64,000 nt of DNA from the NCBI GenBank assembly GCA_965215505.1, contig OZ244065.1, positions 160,001-224,000 on the forward strand, read 5' to 3'. The notes below the pieces were generated by a model. It saw nothing but the letters and a program-made list of their open reading frames with translations, searched no databases and was not told the DNA's origin. Position numbers and translations under genes: made by a program. Source of the DNA: Capsulimonadaceae bacterium (lineage in GTDB: Bacteria; Armatimonadota; Armatimonadia; Armatimonadales; Capsulimonadaceae). Positions 58,032-64,000 of the stretch are shown piece by piece (the first letter of the stretch is position 1; each line of letters opens with the position of its first letter).

Positions 58032-59350
58032 GGTCGTGTCCCTTCTCCTCGCAGGCGGCTGATCTGAAACCTGCCGTCCGGCAGCAGCGAAATGAATGCC
58101 TTCGCGCCCGGATGGTAACACTCCGGTTTCAGGTCAGGCTCCGAGTGCAGCCGCTCCCCCGTCTTCGTGTCCCAGACCGTGGTTCCGTGTTCCTCGGAGA
58201 AGGCGAACAGGTAGCTGTCAAACGCAATCTCACCCTCCGGCCCCGCAAACCAGCCCGACTCCTTGCCGCTCGCTACGGCGAAGACCCGGACTGCCGGGAT
58301 GATGAAGTCGTCATCCTCGCCGTATCCCCAGACCGCCAGCGTCTGTTCGTCAAGCCAGCAGAGCGGCTTCCCCCAGAAATAATCTCGCCAGCAGAGGACA
58401 CGCAGGGAGGGGCCATCTTCCGATTCCCAGACGCTCTCCTCCACCCACTTCCGCAGGCTCCAGGTGCGTACCGCGCCGACCGGGTGCCACACCCACCCAT
58501 TGTCCGCGATCCACTCGCCGTTCGGGGACGTCAGGAGGCCGGCGTGGAAATAGTCCAGGTAGTGAGTGGGCCGCGCCTCGCCGGTCCGATACGCGGTCGG
58601 CCCGCGCTCGGTGAGCAGTTTTCCCATGCGGGGATCAGACACGTCCAGCCGGTTCCAGGCCGTCGCGTGGACGAGCAGCGTTCGGCCGTTGAGGCTGACG
58701 AAGCTCACGGGGAACCGGCAATGCGCCGTATGATAACTGCCACGTTCCAGCCGCATCGTCACCACGCCGGATGTCAGGTCTATGACGACTCCCCGCTGAC
58801 CGAAAGGGTTGACCACGGCAGCCAACCCCCCGTCCTGCGAAAGATGGAGGGAGATTTTCGCCGTCAAGTCCACGTCGGCACCAAGAACCCGCGCTAGAGG
58901 CGTCACGAGCCGTGCCGCCAGATCAACCCGGTGAAGTTCCCCTCCCTCGGTAAGAGCGATGCACACCGGCGTGGGACCGGCGCTAACAGCCTGGAATGCC
59001 AAGATGGCTCCGCCGAGCGGCTGGTCGAGAGTCACTATCTCATGGGAGAAGGATAGGCCGGAAGAGCGCTCAAGAATTTCAGGGCGTCCGAGTACCCCTA
59101 ACAGGCCGCGTTCGTCCCCGAAGCCGGTGAGACAGTCAAGACAGATCTCACGGAGAGGAGTGACGGCGTCCGCCGGGAGCTGCCCGCAGGCGGGGCAAAC
59201 GAAGTCATACAGGAGGCCTTGGCCGATGAACCTTTGGTAGTAATCCAAAGTGCCGTCCGCTAAGAGGTGTTCGCATACCCCGCGCTTCTCCGTGGCCTCA
59301 GCGTGTGAGCATCCAGAAGATTGGATTGCCGGCGTCTCATCGTTGCTCAT
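58028..59350 (-). CDS. hypothetical Cys-rich N-terminus plus beta-propeller-like protein inserted in the yeh-like operon
   Basis: Start MSNDET overlaps the DUF5682 stop; C..H, CEH, CPAC, CLDC, HATAWNRLD and DNGWVWHPVG segments; lower GC. Confidence 0.7.
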   Translation of the reverse strand: MSNDETPAIQSSGCSHAEATEKRGVCEHLLADGTLDYYQRFIGQGLLYDFVCPACGQLPADAVTPLREICLDCLTGFGDERGLLGVLGRPEILERSSGLSFSHEIVTLDQPLGGAILAFQAVSAGPTPVCIALTEGGELHRVDLAARLVTPLARVLGADVDLTAKISLHLSQDGGLAAVVNPFGQRGVVIDLTSGVVTMRLERGSYHTAHCRFPVSFVSLNGRTLLVHATAWNRLDVSDPRMGKLLTERGPTAYRTGEARPTHYLDYFHAGLLTSPNGEWIADNGWVWHPVGAVRTWSLRKWVEESVWESEDGPSLRVLCWRDYFWGKPLCWLDEQTLAVWGYGEDDDFIIPAVRVFAVASGKESGWFAGPEGEIAFDSYLFAFSEEHGTTVWDTKTGERLHSEPDLKPECYHPGAKAFISLLPDGRFQISRLRGEGTRP

Positions 59351-61575
59351 GCCCTTGTCTCCGTCTGCAATCCTAACAGCCGCGCCACCAGCGGCAGCAC
59401 GGCGTCCGCCCGTGCCTGGTCGAACAGGTCCAATGCCTCGGCGGCAGTCGCCTGAATGGCCTGCCCCTGCTTGACGCGCTCGCCCATCTGTCGGCGCTCG
59501 GGGGCGGCGAAGGTGGCGAAGGTCCGGCGCAGGAGCGGGAGCAGGGCGGAGAACGAGTCGCCCGCCAGGCCCGAGACCCAGCCGTCCAGGACGGACCAGA
59601 GCGTCTTGTCGTGCAGCAGCAGTGTCCCGCTGCCCTTCAAAAAGCCTTCCACCCAAGCGGCGGCCTGGGGTGGGTCGGCGGCGGTGGAGAGGGCCAGGCC
59701 CATCCGCCGGGCGGCGTCGTCCGCCGCCAATGCGCCCGCGTCCAGAAGAAGCCGGACGCAGCGGCCCGCGATCAGGCCGTGCAGGCCGTGGGGGGCGGTT
59801 CGGTCGGCCATCTTGGTCAACGTCTCGTGCCAGAGGGCGCGCTGGGTGTCGTCTTGCAGCAGGCCGATGGCGGCGTGGACGGCGACGATGTGGCCGTCCA
59901 TGGCGGCGGCGGCCTCGTCGTTCAGCGAGGCGCACGCGCCGGGCAGGCCGATGGCGATGCGCGTGACCAGGCCGTCCACGATGTGGCCGACCGTGCCGGT
60001 GTCCGTCTGCCGGACGTTGCCGTAGCGGAGGACCTGGGCCAATGGCGGCAGGGCACCCATCAGGTGCCCGACATCGCTTGCCAATGCGGCCTCGGCCTCT
60101 AAACGGGCCATGACGTGATGCACGGCGTCCGGCAGGTCGGCCAGCAGGACGCGGTCCAGCAGGGATGTCAGCGCGGGCAGGTCCGGCGCTTTGTCGGCCT
60201 GACTACGCGCGGAGGAGGCCGAGGCGTCCCGGACCGTGTTGCCCCAGAACCCCGCCTCGATCACCTTGACCGCGAACTCCGGCTGCCACTGGAGTCGCCA
60301 CAACTCGTGGAACGTCCCCTTGCCCCCGCCCCCGCGCTGGGCGGAACCCCACGGGATGCCGAGCAGGGACAGTCGGTGCAGCAGGCCGCTCTTGTCCAGG
60401 TCGGCGGGCTTGCGTAGGTCTAGATCCAAGTCACGCTGGGCGGCCTCGGGCGGCAGGCGCAGGCGCTTCTGCTCGCGGGTGAGGTCCTGCTGGAGCGGCA
60501 CGGTCGGCGTCTCGTCCGGGACCGCGCCCAGGGTGTCGCTGACGATCAGCTTCTCCCAGATCAGGCGCATCGGGAGGTCGCTGCCGAAGCAGAAGACGGA
60601 CTGCGTCGCCTCGTTCATTTCGGGCAGGCCCGGCAGGGGGCGGCCCCGCAGGGCGGCGAGAGTGTCGGCGAGCCGGACACCCTCGATGACGCTGGCCGGG
60701 GAGGCGTCCAGGTCCTGCTCCCGCAGCAGGTGGGCGACGCGCGACATCCAGTGGACCGAAACGTCGTCCGGGTGTTCCCACAAATGGTGATACCAGCCGG
60801 GCGACTCGATCCCCGCCCCGTAGCCGCCGCTGTAGGAGAGCCGCCCATACGTCCACGGCACCCAGGTCGCCGACACCTTGGCCTTCGGCAGCCCCGCCAG
60901 TGTCTCGGCGTCCGCCTTGGCGGGCGGCATCGAGGCGAGGGCCGGGCCGTGCCATGCGCCGCAGACCACGGCGATGCGCTCCTTGCCTTCTTTTTGGGCC
61001 GCCCGGATCGTCTGCCGCATCCAGGCTTCGCGGCGCTCCTCGCGCACGTCTTTGGGGTCGGGCGCGTCGGCCCTTACGGCGGCCATCGCTTCCAATATGC
61101 CCGCGAACAGGTCTTCGCTGTCCCGCCGCTGCTCGACCAGATGCTCCCACCACCGTTCGCCGTCGCTGTAGCCCGCCGCCTCCGCCAGTGCCCCCAGAGG
61201 GTCCTGCCGGACGGGCGGCGCGGCGGCCTCGGCGGACGGCTCCGGCTCGGCCTGTCCGAGCTGATAGGTCTGCGGCAGGTCCATGAACCGGACGGGGACG
61301 CCCTGTTCCAGCCCGTACTTGATCGCCTGCCACTCGGGAGAGAAGACGGCAAAGGGGTAGTAGACCGCCTGCTCCGGCTTGTCGGGCATGTAGAGCAGCA
61401 GGGCGACCGGCGGCTGCATCTGTTCGTGCGCCAGCAGCGGCAGGACGGCTTCGGCCTCGGGCGGCCCTTCGACCAGGATGACATCGGGCTGAAGTCGTTC
61501 CAGGGCCGACCTGACGCTCCGCGCCGAGCCGGGTCCGTGGTGCCGGATGCCGAAGATGTGAACGGTGTTGTCCAT
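59347..61575 (-). CDS. DUF5682 family protein (YehM-like)
   Basis: GIRHHGPGSA, EGPPE, FSPEW, VCGAWH, GYGAG and LPLLRRTF motifs. Confidence 0.9.
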   Translation of the reverse strand: MDNTVHIFGIRHHGPGSARSVRSALERLQPDVILVEGPPEAEAVLPLLAHEQMQPPVALLLYMPDKPEQAVYYPFAVFSPEWQAIKYGLEQGVPVRFMDLPQTYQLGQAEPEPSAEAAAPPVRQDPLGALAEAAGYSDGERWWEHLVEQRRDSEDLFAGILEAMAAVRADAPDPKDVREERREAWMRQTIRAAQKEGKERIAVVCGAWHGPALASMPPAKADAETLAGLPKAKVSATWVPWTYGRLSYSGGYGAGIESPGWYHHLWEHPDDVSVHWMSRVAHLLREQDLDASPASVIEGVRLADTLAALRGRPLPGLPEMNEATQSVFCFGSDLPMRLIWEKLIVSDTLGAVPDETPTVPLQQDLTREQKRLRLPPEAAQRDLDLDLRKPADLDKSGLLHRLSLLGIPWGSAQRGGGGKGTFHELWRLQWQPEFAVKVIEAGFWGNTVRDASASSARSQADKAPDLPALTSLLDRVLLADLPDAVHHVMARLEAEAALASDVGHLMGALPPLAQVLRYGNVRQTDTGTVGHIVDGLVTRIAIGLPGACASLNDEAAAAMDGHIVAVHAAIGLLQDDTQRALWHETLTKMADRTAPHGLHGLIAGRCVRLLLDAGALAADDAARRMGLALSTAADPPQAAAWVEGFLKGSGTLLLHDKTLWSVLDGWVSGLAGDSFSALLPLLRRTFATFAAPERRQMGERVKQGQAIQATAAEALDLFDQARADAVLPLVARLLGLQTETRA

Positions 61576-61589
61576 TGTTGTGTTGCTGT

Positions 61590-61847
61590 CTAGATCAGTC
61601 CGAATTCTTCCAGGGGCCACGGCTCATCGTCGCGGGTCTGCCAGTCGTCGCCCCGGTTCTCCCAGAGTGCAATCAGCCCCAAGAGGTAGAGCGGATCTTC
61701 CGCGACGAACTCGTTTCCTTCACGGGTGGCAATCAGGAGAACTTCCCCGTCGTGTGCGGAAGAACGCTGGACGCGGACCTGATAGCCTCTGGCTTTCAGC
61801 ACCAGGAGGGCCGGGTTGAGCGTGTTGCCGGCAGTAGCGAGTCGCAT
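61590..61847 (-). CDS. small hypothetical protein (AGNT...DP..LLGL..E.RG..W type)
   Basis: GAGG RBS; compact ORF between the AAA and DUF5682 genes. Confidence 0.7.
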   Translation of the reverse strand: MRLATAGNTLNPALLVLKARGYQVRVQRSSAHDGEVLLIATREGNEFVAEDPLYLLGLIALWENRGDDWQTRDDEPWPLEEFGLI

Positions 61848-61863
61848 GGGTGATGACCTCGTG

Positions 61864-62153
61864 ACCGGCCCTTCAGGGCCGGTCTACTAACGGGCAAAAG
61901 CCGCTCCGCGGCTGAAGAGGCAGGCCGGATGAGGGCGGGGGGACCCCGCCCCTACTGGATGGCGTAGGGGCGCCGCTTGCCGCGCCCTCTTTATTCTGCC
62001 GCGCCCTCTTTATTCTGTCCTGAGGCGCGGCGCGGCTTTGCTCCTTTAGTAGCCCGGCCCTGAAGGGCCGGGGACGAAGGAGGGCGCGGCAAGCGGCGCC
62101 CCTACGAGTCTACAGCGCGCCCGCCCATGTAGGGGCGCGATTCATCGCGCCCT
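61864..62153. repeat. mosaic REP cluster (BIME-like): at least six palindromic units from four families plus a 19-bp tandem duplication
   Basis: CCGGCCCTTCAGGGCCGG x2 inverted, GGGCGGGGGGACCCCGCCCCTAC, GTAGGGGCGCCGCTTGCCGCGCCC x2 inverted, and GTAGGGGCGCGATTCATCGCGCCC. Confidence 0.85.
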
Positions 62154-62179
62154 CTTTCCAGAACGCGCCCCTTCCCTCT

Positions 62180-63262
62180 TTAGTTGCTCACCTCGCGGCA
62201 GGCGCGGTAGAGGTCCTTCCAGCCATCGCGCTCCTTGACGACCGTTTCCAAATACTCGCGCCAGACGACGCTGTCCTGGACGGGGTCCTTGACGACCGCA
62301 CCGAGCAGGCCGGAGGCCACGTCGCCCGCGCCCATGCGGCCGTCGCCGAAGTGGGCGGCGAGGGCCAGGCCGCTGTTGACGACCGAGATGACCTCCGCCG
62401 TGCTGAGCGTACTGGTCGGCGACTTGATCTTGGTCTTGCCGTCCTCGGTGACGCCCGAACGCAGCTCGCGGAAGACGGTCACGATGCGCCGGATCTCGGC
62501 CAGGGCGGGCGGCTCGGCGGGCATTTCTAACGCACGGCCCAGGCTCTCGACGCGGCGCTGGACGATCTCGACCTCCTCGGCCATGGTCGCGGGCAGGGGC
62601 AGGACCACCGTATTGAAGCGGCGTTTCAGGGCACTAGACAGGTCGTTGACGCCCTTGTCCCGGTCGTTGGCCGTGGCGATGACGTTGAACCCGCGCGTCG
62701 CCTGCACCTCGGAGCCGAGTTCGGGGATGGGCAGAGTTTTCTCGGAGAGGATCGTGATGAGCGTGTCCTGCACGTCTGCGGGGATGCGGGTCAGCTCCTC
62801 GACGCGGGCGATCTTGCCCTCCCGCATGGCGCGCATCAGGGGGCTTGGGACGAGGGCCTTGTCGGACGGACCCTCGGCCAGCAGGCGGGCGTAGTTCCAG
62901 CCGTAGCGGACGGACTCCTCGCTGGTCCCCGCCGTGCCCTGGATGAGCATGGTCGAGTCGCCCGAGATGGCCGCCGACAGGTGCTCCGAAACCCAGGTCT
63001 TCGCCGTGCCGGGCGACCCCAGCAGCAGCAGGGCGCGGTCGGTGACGAGCGTAGATACGGCGATCTCGATGACGCGGCGCGCGCCGACATACTTGGGCGT
63101 GATCTCCGTCCCGTCGTCGAGGGTGCCGCCGAGCAGGTACAGGGACACGGCCCACGGCGAGAGCTTCCACTGGGCGGGGCGCGGGCGCTTGTCGGCTTTC
63201 GCCAGGGCGTCGAGTTCGTCGGCGAACTGCTGCTCGGCGTGTTCGCGCAAGAGTGCGGTCAT
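62180..63262 (-). CDS. MoxR-like AAA+ ATPase (YehL-like)
   Basis: GSPGTAKT Walker A, VEELTR, ATANDRD and SSALKRRF motifs. Confidence 0.92.
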   Translation of the reverse strand: MTALLREHAEQQFADELDALAKADKRPRPAQWKLSPWAVSLYLLGGTLDDGTEITPKYVGARRVIEIAVSTLVTDRALLLLGSPGTAKTWVSEHLSAAISGDSTMLIQGTAGTSEESVRYGWNYARLLAEGPSDKALVPSPLMRAMREGKIARVEELTRIPADVQDTLITILSEKTLPIPELGSEVQATRGFNVIATANDRDKGVNDLSSALKRRFNTVVLPLPATMAEEVEIVQRRVESLGRALEMPAEPPALAEIRRIVTVFRELRSGVTEDGKTKIKSPTSTLSTAEVISVVNSGLALAAHFGDGRMGAGDVASGLLGAVVKDPVQDSVVWREYLETVVKERDGWKDLYRACREVSN

Positions 63263-64000
63263 GGTCGTGTCTCCTTGGATATCTCGTGCAAAAGGTCGTG
63301 GCGGAACTGTAAGGTTGTGACGAACTCGTGAATGGGGGCTTCCCAGTGCCGCTGGACTTCGGACAGGTAGGGCCACCCCGCCGCCATCTCTTGACTGAGC
63401 GCGGGCGGCACACGGCAGGCGAACACTGGCAACAGGCGGAGGCTGTGCCAGGCAGTCTGATTCTCCTTCATCCCCTGTACAATTCGCTGGCGGAGACTGG
63501 CGATAACCGCTCGCGACAGCTCGGCGCTCCACGGCTTGGTGTGCGACTGGAGCAGAGGCAGGGCGGGGTGTTGGTCATGGAGCGGGACGGGCGCGTCTTT
63601 CCCGAAAAGGTTCGCTTTAGGGATAAGCTGCTCCAGGATGAGTCGATCTAAACCCGCCGCGGGGATTTCGGCCAGGGCCGGCTGAAGTGCCTGCTGGCGT
63701 CGGTAAAGGTCCGTCTGGACGGTTTGGCCGGGGCCACCGTAGAGGAGCGCTAAGAGCCAGTCCGCGTCCGGCCAGCGACGTACTGCCAGCTCCCACCCCC
63801 GCCGCAGAAGGGAGGACCACTCGGTCTTGTCGGCGGCCCCTACTATCTCCTCCGGCTTGCGCCGCCAGGTCTGAGTCCAATAGTCCGGCGGGATCGTGCC
63901 GATGATCTGGCACAGCCACCCAGCCTTATCGCCCATCACCTTATCGGGCGATTTCTCGGCAATCCCATCGCGCTCCATACCCGTGTCATAGTCTTCGGGC
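63259..64000 (-). CDS. DUF5691-family protein, C-terminal part (5' end outside the window)
   Basis: MERDGI, PP..W, PWS.ELSRA and LQFRHDLLHEI segments; upstream of the YehL-like ATPase. Confidence 0.75.
   Translation of the reverse strand, partial: PEDYDTGMERDGIAEKSPDKVMGDKAGWLCQIIGTIPPDYWTQTWRRKPEEIVGAADKTEWSSLLRRGWELAVRRWPDADWLLALLYGGPGQTVQTDLYRRQQALQPALAEIPAAGLDRLILEQLIPKANLFGKDAPVPLHDQHPALPLLQSHTKPWSAELSRAVIASLRQRIVQGMKENQTAWHSLRLLPVFACRVPPALSQEMAAGWPYLSEVQRHWEAPIHEFVTTLQFRHDLLHEISKETRP

Noticed and set aside
59351-59935. N-terminal extension of the 58028-59935 ORF
   Set aside because: It overlaps DUF5682 in another frame and is Arg/Gly-rich shadow sequence; the real start is ATG 59350.

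Overview
High-GC bacterial chromosomal window. The gene content and style suggest Armatimonadota (Capsulimonas-like), which is an inference only. No rRNA, tRNA or CRISPR array is visible. Core and metabolic blocks, in order: amidase and enolase; an extended L-arabinose operon (araA-MDR dehydrogenase-araB-araD-HAD-GalU-like-Nudix-PhyH); an AraC-linked GH2/oxidoreductase cluster; nadC-birA; a TetR/AbrB-preceded TolC-HlyD-RND pump; cysE and an LD-carboxypeptidase; a polyphosphate operon (two half-CHAD genes, HhH protein, metallophosphoesterase, Ppx); GH172; uvrB flanked by toxin-antitoxin modules; cynS; anti-sigma kinases; a giant chimeric P-type ATPase operon; and a yeh-like DUF5691/AAA/DUF5682/VWA operon running off the end. 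Most notable observations: (1) four membrane proteins, three tandem and one distant, share a C-terminal G-[T]-[VIT]-WPP[PA]P motif, and one of them is a CPBP protease; (2) a ferrosome(fez)-like small-membrane-protein plus chimeric P1B-like/P2A ATPase operon sits next to six TTAAG repeats at exact 11-bp period (Pho-box-like) and a divergent unannotated 35-aa hydrophobic ORF; (3) a DUF3800 gene with a candidate 3' ncRNA is bracketed by two diverged copies of the uvrB 3' end; (4) a 298-bp Tn3-type MITE; (5) a long structured RNA upstream of eno; (6) several GTAG-type REP elements, three of which overlap TAG stop codons.
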